Virus record (IMG/VR): IMGVR_UViG_3300027770_000025
Span: 62,001 to 126,000 of that record
Direction: 5' to 3' (one strand)
DNA: 64,000 nt
In this document: in pieces, positions 30,489-39,568 of the stretch
Layout of the letters: each line of letters opens with the position of its first letter
Numbering within the stretch: position 1 is the stretch's first letter
Position numbers and translations under genes: made by a program
The notes under the pieces: generated by a model
What the model saw: only the letters and a program-made list of their open reading frames with translations
Database searches by the model: none
Told to the model about the DNA's origin: nothing

Positions 30489-30740
30489 TTAAATTTCCCA
30501 AGGCTGTCTGCCGGAACCGTTGGTCCAGACAGATACGTCGTTAATTAGTATTTCCACGATAGGGCCGTATTGTGCTATTTTGGCCTCTGTGTTCATTCTT
30601 TTAATATAAGCCCCTGGTCTCTTCACTTTATCATAAACGAAAACTTTTCCTCTTTCGTGAATGGCTTTTACTGTGGATCCTCCTGGCTGTAAGCTTAGAG
30701 GGTTAGTTCTGTAGTTGTCGTTTACGTGTAATTCTGACAT
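30489..30740 (-). CDS. Hypothetical protein
   Basis: YRTNPLSLQPGG..YDKVK. Confidence 0.65.
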   Translation of the reverse strand: MSELHVNDNYRTNPLSLQPGGSTVKAIHERGKVFVYDKVKRPGAYIKRMNTEAKIAQYGPIVEILINDVSVWTNGSGRQPWEI

Positions 30741-30748
30741 ATTGTATT

Positions 30749-31084
30749 TTAGCTAAATGGATCTAGATCCGGGTTAGGTATTAATTTCCAGCTCTTCTCC
30801 GCTCCTGGGGATCTGGCTAGCATTATATTAGTGGACTCCTCCTTAAGTTTCACTAGAGCCTCATCATATTTACCATCTTTGATAAGGGTGTTAATATCTT
30901 TACATGCAGGGATAGGTAACTCTACCTGATAGACAACTGCGTGGCGGTGTCTGTTGGCATTTGCTCTTAGTACCATCATGCTTAGTTCTCTAGGATCAAC
31001 TTCGAATCCTTCTATTGCTGCATTGAAAGTAACTGGTCTGAAGCTTTCAATTCCGTGTGCGTCTGCTATTCCGTAGTATTTCAT
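30749..31084 (-). CDS. Conserved phage protein
   Basis: GIADAHGIESF...RANANRHRHAV...IPNP.LDP. Confidence 0.7.
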   Translation of the reverse strand: MKYYGIADAHGIESFRPVTFNAAIEGFEVDPRELSMMVLRANANRHRHAVVYQVELPIPACKDINTLIKDGKYDEALVKLKEESTNIMLARSPGAEKSWKLIPNPDLDPFS

Positions 31085-31213
31085 GGTTTGGTTGTTGGTT
31101 ATATTTACAAAGATAATATATCTTCTCGTGATAAAAAAATAAAACCCAATAAAAAAGGAGGTGCTTTTTAGAACACGCTCCTTAGTTTTGAAAATTGGGC
31201 TATGATCTATATA

Positions 31214-31522
31214 TTACGTGTTCCAATACTTTTTTTTGATTTCTAGCAAATAACTCCAAGGTAGATAATGATAGTAGAGAAAGAATCTCTCATACTCTTC
31301 TGGGGTGGGCTTAGTTAACTCGCCTAAACACCAACTTCTAACTAGATCTTCCCTAAGCTTATCTTTCTCTGTTTTTATGGCTAATAATCTCGTAGCTCTG
31401 GCTAGGAACCTCGCCGACGTTCCACCTCGTCTTCTCGATTCTCTTCGAATGATGACGGTTTTTTTAAGAGTCCGAATCACCCTTAGTAAGGTCCTTATAA
31501 GCTTGTGATCTTTTAAATTCAT
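31214..31522 (-). CDS. Basic hypothetical protein
   Basis: ORF track; operon context. Confidence 0.5.
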   Translation of the reverse strand: MNLKDHKLIRTLLRVIRTLKKTVIIRRESRRRGGTSARFLARATRLLAIKTEKDKLREDLVRSWCLGELTKPTPEEYERFFLYYHYLPWSYLLEIKKKYWNT

Positions 31523-31670
31523 CGATTCTTTTTTGTAATGATGCTAAGCTTATTGAAACCCTATTCTCTAGCACCTTAGCTTTTATTTCAGCGGGATTTA
31601 GGTTTCCCTTTTGTGCTAGATGATCTGATATTATATTAAATATCAGATCTGATTCGTTGTTTTCGTACAT
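31464..31670 (-). CDS. Hypothetical protein
   Basis: Operon context. Confidence 0.55.
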   Translation of the reverse strand: MYENNESDLIFNIISDHLAQKGNLNPAEIKAKVLENRVSISLASLQKRIDEFKRSQAYKDLTKGDSDS

Positions 31671-31682
31671 TGTCTGGTCTGG

Positions 31683-31880
31683 TTATTTTTCTGCCTTCTC
31701 TTCGGTCGTAAGAATACTAATGCTATGCATTAAGATTGTTAATCTGTCCTCCGGGTTAATGTTAGAAGAGTTTAGTGCTTTCTTAAGTGCTATTGCCTGA
31801 AGATAAATTGTTCGAGCAGTCTTTTCAACTTCTTTTCTGTAGTTCTGTAAAAGAGCTTCTGTCTTTGGATCTGTAATCAT
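31683..31880 (-). CDS. Hypothetical protein
   Basis: Operon context. Confidence 0.55.
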   Translation of the reverse strand: MITDPKTEALLQNYRKEVEKTARTIYLQAIALKKALNSSNINPEDRLTILMHSISILTTEEKAEK

Positions 31881-31885
31881 TATAA

Positions 31886-32203
31886 CTATTTCTTTTTATT
31901 TTTATTCGTTTTATTGCACCTGGTCTTGATGCAGACCATATCCTCCTTAGTAACCATAATGATCTTTGGTTTTATCTTAACAGTATCATCGGATTCCCAA
32001 ATCTTAGCGGTAAGGATAGACATGCTATCACCCTTCACCAGATACAATGTATCCATTCGATTTGTGGGTTGTGCAAATTCTGCAAAACTGGGTTCTGGAA
32101 ATTCTCTGTGTCTTCCCGTTGATCGCTGGCCCACAGGACCGCTGGTTGTCTTGCAAGCGGTAAGTGCTAATGCAAAAAATATGATAATGATTTTACTTTT
32201 CAT
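31886..32203 (-). CDS. Small lipoprotein
   Basis: MKSKIIIIFFALALTAC lipobox. Confidence 0.65.
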   Translation of the reverse strand: MKSKIIIIFFALALTACKTTSGPVGQRSTGRHREFPEPSFAEFAQPTNRMDTLYLVKGDSMSILTAKIWESDDTVKIKPKIIMVTKEDMVCIKTRCNKTNKNKKK

Positions 32204-32212
32204 TTTATAACT

Positions 32213-32521
32213 TTATAATAACAGTTCCTTTTGTACACTATTATCAGGGGTGATTTCAAATCCAGGCATATGCTTATCCACAAAAGATTTAATGAATTGG
32301 CATCTTTCATATTCTTCCTTAATGACAAATAGCGCCATCATACGGTTAATAGCCTTTTGTATCTCTTTAGGATTTGTACCATTTATAGCTTCTTGCCCGT
32401 CTGTAATCAACATCTCATAGGCTTCATAGCATCCTGCAACAAACTCTTTCTTGGATCTTTCGACGAGCTGTTTATTAAGCTCGTTGTGAATTCCTTCTTG
32501 ATCGTCTTCTTCTTCAAACAT
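32213..32521 (-). CDS. Hypothetical protein with EEYERC motif
   Basis: Operon context. Confidence 0.65.
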   Translation of the reverse strand: MFEEEDDQEGIHNELNKQLVERSKKEFVAGCYEAYEMLITDGQEAINGTNPKEIQKAINRMMALFVIKEEYERCQFIKSFVDKHMPGFEITPDNSVQKELLL

Positions 32522-32526
32522 GATTA

Positions 32527-32748
32527 CTATTCTTTTATATAAATTGTTTTACTTAATCCCAACTCTTTTACTTCACGATATAAAGTACCCCCTTCTGACA
32601 TCATTTCCATTTCAGAACGAAATTCTTTCGATGTGTCGTTATAAATTTTCTCCCTCATTAACGCACCTCTAGCTGAATAAAGCCTTCTTTTAATCTCCTC
32701 GTGGGAAGCTTTATTATCAGTGGTACATACAAATCTTATCGCTGCCAT
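32527..32748 (-). CDS. Hypothetical protein
   Basis: Operon context. Confidence 0.55.
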   Translation of the reverse strand: MAAIRFVCTTDNKASHEEIKRRLYSARGALMREKIYNDTSKEFRSEMEMMSEGGTLYREVKELGLSKTIYIKE

Positions 32749-32798
32749 ATTTAATTCTCTATATGTATTCTATTACAAAAAATAAAAAAAGTTCTCAA

Positions 32799-33185
32799 TT
32801 ATACCTTATATCTTGTTTTCAAATCCACTCTTTCTTTCTGCGAATTTTTTCTTGTGCTCTTCGCGGGAACGACGGTGGACTGGGACACGTAACTCTTTCT
32901 GGTGTTTCTCGCCTCCTCAAACGTGTCGGCAAACACTCCCATTGTGGTGTTCTCATAGTCACAGTGAGGTGTGTAGGTTTCCATAAACTCGCTCTCCGTG
33001 ATTCTCTTGGTTCCAAGATCCTCGAATTCCCCATGTGATTCTCGATAGTGAGTGACTATTACCCAACCGTCTCCTTGAGAGTGTTTGCTAACTAAAACAT
33101 ATTCGAAGGTGGGAACGTTGGAGTCCATGGCCATGAATCTGGTAGCAAATCTACTTTTTGTGCTGGTCTCTATATACGTTCTCAT
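32799..33185 (-). CDS. Hypothetical protein
   Basis: ORF track. Confidence 0.55.
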   Translation of the reverse strand: MRTYIETSTKSRFATRFMAMDSNVPTFEYVLVSKHSQGDGWVIVTHYRESHGEFEDLGTKRITESEFMETYTPHCDYENTTMGVFADTFEEARNTRKSYVSQSTVVPAKSTRKNSQKERVDLKTRYKV

Positions 33186-33360
33186 TATGCTAACTGTGAG
33201 CTTGTTCTTAATTGGTTTAACCAGCCTTTAAATACTGTGCGCTCACGTGCACTCATATTACGATTAAAGGTTGCGAAGTTGCCTACTGAGTTTCTGAACT
33301 CCTGTACTAGAACTTCTAATGTGCGTGGGGTGTTTTCTGCTTTTTTCATCTTATGTTGGT

Positions 33361-33960
33361 TTAAATGTTTACAATGTTGCCTTCTTCATTAAACTCCGGA
33401 GTAGTCTCTTCAATTCTGAATTCGACGTTTTCGTCAGAGAAGTATTCTTCTACCCCATTTACTATTCTTTTTGCTATTTGTCCTATGTGAGCTTCGAACT
33501 TTTCCGCAGCGTTATTACTAATAGCCTTTAGTGCTTCGTGGCGAGGGTCCTCGCTCATATATGGATTTTCCATTTCGATGATTGTTCTGCCGTCCCAGTC
33601 CATCATACTTACGTATAGATCTTGGAATATTTCCGGGATTCCCAACCAGGTCTTAAACATAGTTTGATTTGTGATCTCTAGCGCATCTGTGATCTGAACT
33701 GTTTCGAAGTAGTCCTCAAACAATATACCCTTTCTGTTATTCTTGAAAACGAATTGATCTCCATTGCGGTCGTAATAATCTTCTCCAAAAAGAGCCACCA
33801 TTTCTGCGTGGGGTGGCTCGAAGAGTGAGCAATCATCAATAGCCCAATCATATGCACTATGTGTTTCATGTTCTTTCATTTCTTCCCTTATCTCTTCTAT
33901 AGCTGTGGCCTTGGCAGATTCGGAAAGTTCTGAATAGTTTAATAACGTTATAGTTCTCAT
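33361..33960 (-). CDS. Acidic early protein; apparent paralogue of 57892..58572 (start revised)
   Basis: YSELSESAKATAIE...SDE.V...EFNEEGN. Confidence 0.7.
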   Translation of the reverse strand: MRTITLLNYSELSESAKATAIEEIREEMKEHETHSAYDWAIDDCSLFEPPHAEMVALFGEDYYDRNGDQFVFKNNRKGILFEDYFETVQITDALEITNQTMFKTWLGIPEIFQDLYVSMMDWDGRTIIEMENPYMSEDPRHEALKAISNNAAEKFEAHIGQIAKRIVNGVEEYFSDENVEFRIEETTPEFNEEGNIVNI

Positions 33961-34029
33961 AGTTGGCTGTTTGTTATAAAGCAAATATAAGATTCCTAAA
34001 TCGGATAAAAAAATAAAATGTAAACTTTT

Positions 34030-34536
34030 TTAAATAATTAAGTCTGTCCCGGTTTCCTCTATCTTTTCTATCCGTGTTGCAATATCTTCTATTCTAGCAT
34101 CATATCCTTTGATAGCATCTTTCTTCTCCTTAACCAAATCATTCATCTCTTGATATCTAGCCTGAATTTTTTCTGCAATCTTAGGATGAAGCCATTTAGT
34201 AGATGCTGTACTATCTCTTATCTCGTTCTGATTTTTCACTGTAAGCTCGACCAACGTGTTTACATTATATGAATAGTAGTATGGCTTTAATCCACGATTA
34301 TACAGATCCAACGTTTCTGCAACACTTAGATCTTTCTTGGATAACAATTTCTCGATGGCCGTTTGTTCGATGACTGTTTGCTCGGTCTCCCAGTTTAGAT
34401 CTGCTAAATCCGTTACTCGTCGGGTAACTATCAAATCGCCTTCCTTGTTCTCACTCATTGAAAATCTCGGATAATCCATATAACTGTAATAAGGGGCTAA
34501 ACCACGAAACAACCCATCTAAATCTTTTTCATCCAT
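34030..34536 (-). CDS. Hypothetical coiled-coil protein
   Basis: ORF track. Confidence 0.65.
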   Translation of the reverse strand: MDEKDLDGLFRGLAPYYSYMDYPRFSMSENKEGDLIVTRRVTDLADLNWETEQTVIEQTAIEKLLSKKDLSVAETLDLYNRGLKPYYYSYNVNTLVELTVKNQNEIRDSTASTKWLHPKIAEKIQARYQEMNDLVKEKKDAIKGYDARIEDIATRIEKIEETGTDLII

Positions 34537-34537
34537 G

Positions 34538-34750
34538 CTATACTTTTTTCTTTATTTTAATACCGTATGCTTCTCTACCTTTAGCTAAAAGTCGTTCGTA
34601 CTCAGCCACCCCCATGGAACGTCGGAGCTTAATTTTCTTTTTTCTTAACTCCTTAACTAGGTTCCATTTTTTAATACCATCCTCCTCTAAGTTAAATTCT
34701 AGATGCAAAATAAGAATCTCGCTAAAAAGACATCTTTGGTTTTCTGTCAT
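34538..34750 (-). CDS. Early protein, paralogue of 17390..17611
   Basis: MTENQ..F...LRRSMGVAEY..GR. Confidence 0.65.
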   Translation of the reverse strand: MTENQRCLFSEILILHLEFNLEEDGIKKWNLVKELRKKKIKLRRSMGVAEYERLLAKGREAYGIKIKKKV

Positions 34751-34979
34751 TTTTTTATTTTTTGTTAAACGCGGTATCCCTTTCTATTATGAATACTATT
34801 ACAAAATTAAGATAAAACCGCGGGTATAAAAAATGTTTCGGATATAAAAAATATTTTTTGTTAAAGTTTTAAACTTTCTTTTATTCGCAAAAAGAAAAAA
34901 GAAAACACGCTTTACAAAAAAACCGCGGGAACGTTGACCGCGGTTTTCGGATTATTGCAATCCTAAGCCTTTAAAGTTC

Positions 34980-35285
34980 TTACTTCATTCTTTCGTAGTA
35001 ATCCTTATCGTTATCCTTATCCTTATAATTATCCAACCTCTTGCATTCTTTAAACTCTTTAAGCTTTTTGATAACCACATCCTGCTCTGGTGTAGATTTA
35101 TCATCCCGATAAAGCCATTGGAAGAAAAGGAACGAGACCAGCACAAAAACGGGTCGGCAAACACCCGGCCATTTAGTGGGATTCATTTCCATAGATGCCA
35201 GAGATATACATCCTCCAGCTAAAAATACCGAGAGAGCCAAGTACCCTAATACCCTCTTTGTTCTTGTTGATATTGTTTCGTTCAT
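34980..35285 (-). CDS. Small membrane protein
   Basis: Two hydrophobic segments. Confidence 0.55.
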   Translation of the reverse strand: MNETISTRTKRVLGYLALSVFLAGGCISLASMEMNPTKWPGVCRPVFVLVSFLFFQWLYRDDKSTPEQDVVIKKLKEFKECKRLDNYKDKDNDKDYYERMK

Positions 35286-35740
35286 AGTTCTGGGTTTAAT
35301 TCATTATATATTATAGAGCTCATCCTGAAAAGAATCCGGGTGTGCGGGAGAGTATGTTAGCATCATACTATGTACCCACCACTTTACCCTTACTCTTCTT
35401 GGGCAACACCGAGCTGTTATCTCATCTTTCTATTTACCAAATTTTATTGCAAGGTAACCAATCCCGATAAACCATGCGGCTACAGATAACCATATAATAA
35501 GGTCCTGTGGTGTTTTCTTAGCTAATTTCATAGTGTAAATATAATAATAGATTACGGGATAAAAAAATAAATCGCCCGCTAGTTAGTATGTTAACATCAT
35601 AGTATGTTTGGGAGGAATTAGGATTTATTGGGAAGATCAGGGTTGGGAACGCGGGCTCGCAAAAAACCCCAGAAATGTTTTTTATCTCCGGGGTTATGAT
35701 TTATATTTGTACTGGTGGGGTTAACTTAACCCTTTTTGAC

Positions 35741-36283
35741 CTAAGCCTCTGGGAAGGCCTTGGATAACAGACTAGCGGATCTTTTATACTCTTCCATATC
35801 AGAGCTGCTAGGGTTATACCTTCTACCCTCTCTAGCCTTACTGTAGCTCACGTATTCCTCTATTAACTTCTCGGCCAACTCTGGGTCTATTCTGAATAAC
35901 CTCACAGTGCCATCCATATCCTCCCAAGCGTCTCTGCCCTCTAGGTACTCATTGTCCTTTAGTAGATATGTGGCGATGGTGGCGTACTCCTCTTCCTCGT
36001 AACCCTCAGCCCTTTCGTTCTCGTCATCCAGGATATAGTAGTACAGGAAGTCTTCATACTCATCCTCGAGATCCATGACATTCAACACCCAGAAGGTGCC
36101 GTCGCTCTTTCTCTTTAGGATACAGTCATCACCTGGGATGCCCAGCACCACGAAATCCCTTTGGGCTTCGGAGTATTCTGTGCCAGCCACAGGATCCGGA
36201 TTATCCGGTTGGTTCCAAGGGGCACTGGGATCGTTGTCCCAATGATCACCTTCGTATAGTTTAAATGATTTTAGATTCTTCAT
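35741..36283 (-). CDS. CTS-like-tagged acidic protein (start revised)
   Basis: MKNLKSFKLYE; DPSAPWNQ; GATATATA upstream. Confidence 0.7.
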   Translation of the reverse strand: MKNLKSFKLYEGDHWDNDPSAPWNQPDNPDPVAGTEYSEAQRDFVVLGIPGDDCILKRKSDGTFWVLNVMDLEDEYEDFLYYYILDDENERAEGYEEEEYATIATYLLKDNEYLEGRDAWEDMDGTVRLFRIDPELAEKLIEEYVSYSKAREGRRYNPSSSDMEEYKRSASLLSKAFPEA

Positions 36284-36878
36284 ACACCTATATATCACCC
36301 TAAGGACCGAGGGCTTTTTCACTCCAGACCTCTAAGGGAACCCGGCCTCCAAATAGATAATCCTAATAAGGTTCCGTCTCCTATAGATAGAGAGAAGGCA
36401 TAGAGTAATCCTAAGAGAACCACATAGAATCATAGGTGTGAGGCGAGGCGAAGGAACCCCAGCCCTAAAGGGTGCATAGGAGGCGGTAAATCGGGGCGGA
36501 GACTTAGGTGCCCAACCGGGGCAAAGGAATCTGGGACACTCTCACCACAAATCCCCACAATTTACCACTTTACACCAGAAATTTCCATATGTTAATAACT
36601 TTGTCAGGACCGTGGGAATCTGAGTCGAGACCGGGCCGGCTGACTGGGAGATCGGGGAAATCTTAGAAATCCCTGATACCCACCCTGGGTGGAAGCTCAG
36701 CCCTCTAGAGGGGTTACTACGAGGGCCTAGGTTTCGCATAGATGTCCAGGTAGTATCTTACTAACATACTATGTTCTGGGCTTCTGTCTTAGGGAATCCT
36801 AGAGATCATAGATATCCCTAGAGTTGGGTTAGACTACGTCCTAGTATCCCTTATAGAATTGGTGTGGGTTGGGGTTGT

Positions 36879-37265
36879 CTATAGCTCTAATCTACTCCAG
36901 GTGCCATCTGAGTTTAGTGACCCAGAGTAAAGGTACTTCTGCTTCCACTCTCTTGGAGATATAAGACTAAGGAACTTTGTGCCATCTCCCTTCTCATATA
37001 GATGATAGCACTCCCCTAATACGGGTTCGAATGATCTGGCTGCCGAGTAGAGTTCTAGATTAAGCACATAGTCTTCTTGTAGTTCCCTTATAAGATGTGC
37101 TATCTCATCTGTTCTCTTCTGTAACGACTTAGTGACCTTGTTTGCCTGTAGTGAGTTAAATGCTGATAGATCTAGTCTCTCTATCTTAGGTGCTGCTACA
37201 TGGTGTGGGTATGGTAGTAGATTAGGTGTTAGTTTAATCCTGTCTGCCTGTGATGGTGTGCTCAT
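36879..37265 (-). CDS. DUF2452-like protein
   Basis: FEPVLGECYHLYEK.DG..FLSLISPREW. Confidence 0.75.
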   Translation of the reverse strand: MSTPSQADRIKLTPNLLPYPHHVAAPKIERLDLSAFNSLQANKVTKSLQKRTDEIAHLIRELQEDYVLNLELYSAARSFEPVLGECYHLYEKGDGTKFLSLISPREWKQKYLYSGSLNSDGTWSRLEL

Positions 37266-37305
37266 GCTCTCTATCTTGATTAAGTGTGATCTATCTATCT
37301 ACTCT

Positions 37306-37397
37306 TATAAGAGACGGAACATTATCTGTATCTATTTGGAGGCCGGGTCCTCTTGAGGTAAAAGGTCGAAAAGGCCCATTTTGAAATGCGATATATA
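37306..37397 (+). repeat. 92-bp late-promoter upstream segment duplicated at 44052-44143
   Basis: tataagagacggaacattatctg.atctatttggag...ttttgaaatgcgatatata in both. Confidence 0.85.
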
Positions 37398-37419
37398 GAT
37401 CATATAAAACGGGAGCAGC

Positions 37420-37667
37420 ATGAGACATATAAAACCATATCAGATATTCGAAGCCAGTGCAGCTGCACTTCAGGAACTTACACAAGAGCAGATCGGGTGG
37501 TTGGATAAATGTGCAGCTGGCAGATGGAAGCTTAATCCACTACAAGACTTATTGATGTGGATGGTGATTTCGATTGCTCGTCCAAAAGTCTAACAGATCT
37601 TAAAGGGATTAAGTTCGGGGATGCGAGTGTGATTTTGGAAACCAGGTCCAGGCGCGTAGGTGACTAG
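37420..37667 (+). pseudogene. Frameshifted, array-less remnant of the LRR family
   Basis: MRHIKPYQIFEASAAALQELTQEQIGWLDKC..W.LNP, then 1-nt frameshift near 37539; LIDVDGDFDC..LTDLKGIKFG continues in another frame; LRR array absent. Confidence 0.8.
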
Positions 37668-37716
37668 GACCACAAAAAAAGCCTGGAGGTCTCCAGGCTG
37701 TAATGATTCTTCTATA

Positions 37717-39426
37717 TTAATAATTTTCTAGTAGTTCTGGTTTTTCTCTCTTTATCTTTCGGATAACCCCTTCCGGATCCGATGAATGTCTCTGCAATAC
37801 TCGTATATCGACGGGTCTTATTAAATCAAGTAACTCCTTATTGGAAACAATTAAATCAACAACCAAATTGTTATACTCTTTATATTTTGGGTTTGAATAT
37901 GTTATAAAAGAAAGATATCCAACTTTTTCTAATATTTTTGGTTTTAGTAATTTGTAAATAAGCGGCTTTGCATCATCTAAAGAATCTATGAGATTATTTA
38001 TCAAGTGAAATGTTAGTTCTTCTGGTTTAAGTGAAGTTATAATGTTTAAAATTCCATTAACTACATCTTTGTTAATCTCTTTTAAAAATTCCTTTTCTTC
38101 GTTTGATACCCTACCAAGATTTAGTCCTTGTGTAGTGTGATTGAGGAGCTTTTTAAAAGCATCTATATTATTGGATTTTGAAATTCTATTAAGCACCTCA
38201 TTTTTTAAATATTCACTTTCTTCTTTAGATAATTCCTTATTATTCCTATTATAAACAATTAGATCGATGATCAAATTAGCATATTCTTTGGATCCTTTAA
38301 AATCATCTAGATCTTTGTATTTTAAAATTATGATTTCTAATTCATTGAAGACAAAATGAAGTCCTCCAGCTGGATCCTTTTTAAAGGCCTCAAATTTCTT
38401 TATTGTAACATCGATATATCTCTTAAGGAGTTTTGAATCCCCCTTAATCGATTCGAACTGTTTTTGACTCAAACCAACGCCAAGGGTGAGATAATCATTT
38501 TTAAGCTCATCAGGTAAATTATAAAATTGAGTGTCACTTAATCTATTATCTAAATTAACATAAACTGATATGTAATATTTTTTCTCCTTAAATGGGAGAT
38601 TCATAAATTCTTCGTCGCTTATGCCTCCTTTGTATTTTTCTATTTTTTCACGCTCCTTTGCGGTTAATGGTTTAGAAGCAAATAGAGATTCTTTCCCCTT
38701 TAGTTCTGGGGCTATTTTTAAAATTTCACTCCATGATACGCGATTGTCCCCATCATTCATTGCAGATGATATCATGTATTTTTTAGCTTCTTCTCCCTCC
38801 TCGTCTTCATTATATAAATCTGGATTATTTAGAACCTGCAGAACAAAAAAATGCCATTTATCACGAAACTCACCATTAAATATGCTTTTACCTAAATTCC
38901 AGAAGGTGAATTCTTTTTTTGTAGCTTCAATTCTTTTGACAAAATAAAAAGAAGGCTCCAGCTCGCTTAGACGATAATTCCAAAACATATTCCCTGAATT
39001 TCTTGCAATACACCATGAGTATGGTTTATCCCCCTTGTACTGTATACAAGCTCTTGGGGAGTCTGCATAGTAGATTTCAACAGCTGCATCCTTGTATATC
39101 GGATCACCCCCGACTTCTATATCTTCAAAATTTGCTGACCCAAAATTTCTTTGTCCCGCAACATAATCAACAATAAGCTCAACCTCCTTGAATGTTTTAT
39201 AATTATCTATATTGAATCTGGATTCGTCAGGAGGAACCCCTAATCCTTCTATTTTAGCGTTTTTGGCTTCCCTGAATTTTTTATCCCTTAGATCTTTAAA
39301 GTCATCAAGATACCTATTGACAGTTTTCTCATCGTATCCCTGACCTATAAATTTAATTTTTTGGGAATTGAAATCCTCGTTTACTCCTCCTAGAATAAAA
39401 GCCTCAAAGATTTTAATATATTTCAT
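37717..39426 (-). CDS. Large CTS-like-tagged protein
   Basis: MKYIKIFEAF..VNE; ACIQY...SWCIAR motif. Confidence 0.75.
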   Translation of the reverse strand: MKYIKIFEAFILGGVNEDFNSQKIKFIGQGYDEKTVNRYLDDFKDLRDKKFREAKNAKIEGLGVPPDESRFNIDNYKTFKEVELIVDYVAGQRNFGSANFEDIEVGGDPIYKDAAVEIYYADSPRACIQYKGDKPYSWCIARNSGNMFWNYRLSELEPSFYFVKRIEATKKEFTFWNLGKSIFNGEFRDKWHFFVLQVLNNPDLYNEDEEGEEAKKYMISSAMNDGDNRVSWSEILKIAPELKGKESLFASKPLTAKEREKIEKYKGGISDEEFMNLPFKEKKYYISVYVNLDNRLSDTQFYNLPDELKNDYLTLGVGLSQKQFESIKGDSKLLKRYIDVTIKKFEAFKKDPAGGLHFVFNELEIIILKYKDLDDFKGSKEYANLIIDLIVYNRNNKELSKEESEYLKNEVLNRISKSNNIDAFKKLLNHTTQGLNLGRVSNEEKEFLKEINKDVVNGILNIITSLKPEELTFHLINNLIDSLDDAKPLIYKLLKPKILEKVGYLSFITYSNPKYKEYNNLVVDLIVSNKELLDLIRPVDIRVLQRHSSDPEGVIRKIKREKPELLENY

Positions 39427-39568
39427 GCTCTATATATCATTCGGAAGATATCGAAAAAATAAAAGACATACTTAAAAATAGAGCTGAAATATTAGCTATA
39501 TTAAGAGGAAGATAAACCATTTACTTAAAAATAAATTAAAGCAGGCAGTAGTCTGCTTTTTTTGTGGA

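Larger units (their letters stand above)
12168..34947. repeat. Dispersed GGGAACGTTGACnnCG(G/T) element, ~22 intergenic copies
   Basis: Plus copies at 12168, 13062, 14179, 14281, 14523, 14996, 15544, 15652, 19655, 20209, 20764, 21500, 22932, 23962, 27922, 34927; minus copies near 13161, 14093, 14374, 18352, 18737, 29841. Confidence 0.95.
12443..35571 (-). promoter_or_regulatory. ~30 copies of a conserved early promoter TTTATTTTTTTATCCCG-N~10-TTAT(A/C)TTTG followed by a TAACCAA(C/T)TAAAAC leader
   Basis: Seen on + as caaatataag...gggataaaaaaataaa, e.g. near 12695, 13471, 16290, 17637, 17999, 19080, 20088, 22832, 23359, 25581, 28505, 33982, 35536; each lies just upstream of a minus-strand ATG. 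Confidence 0.9.
14936..36774. repeat. Dispersed palindrome AGTAT(G/C)-N7-CATA(C/G)T-ATGT, 7 copies
   Basis: 14936, 16671, 20704, 24372, 35351, 35585, 36752; all in the same orientation. Confidence 0.9.

Noticed and set aside
12168-34947. GGGAACGTTGAC repeats as a CRISPR array
   Set aside because: Spacing is 80 bp to several kb, orientation is mixed, intervening DNA is whole genes, and no cas genes are present.
12168-35600. Classical integron
   Set aside because: No intI, no canonical attC R'/R'' boxes, and the cassettes carry their own promoters.
36542-36739. 65-aa ORF in the GC-rich boundary block, and ORFs spanning element-rich spacers (12957, 14069, 14478, 15411, 19504, 22905)
   Set aside because: No promoter or leader, atypical composition; they simply read through regulatory repeats.
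14936-36774. AGTATG palindrome as a XerCD dif site
   Set aside because: Only one arm loosely resembles the XerD arm; geometry and copy number do not fit a canonical dif.
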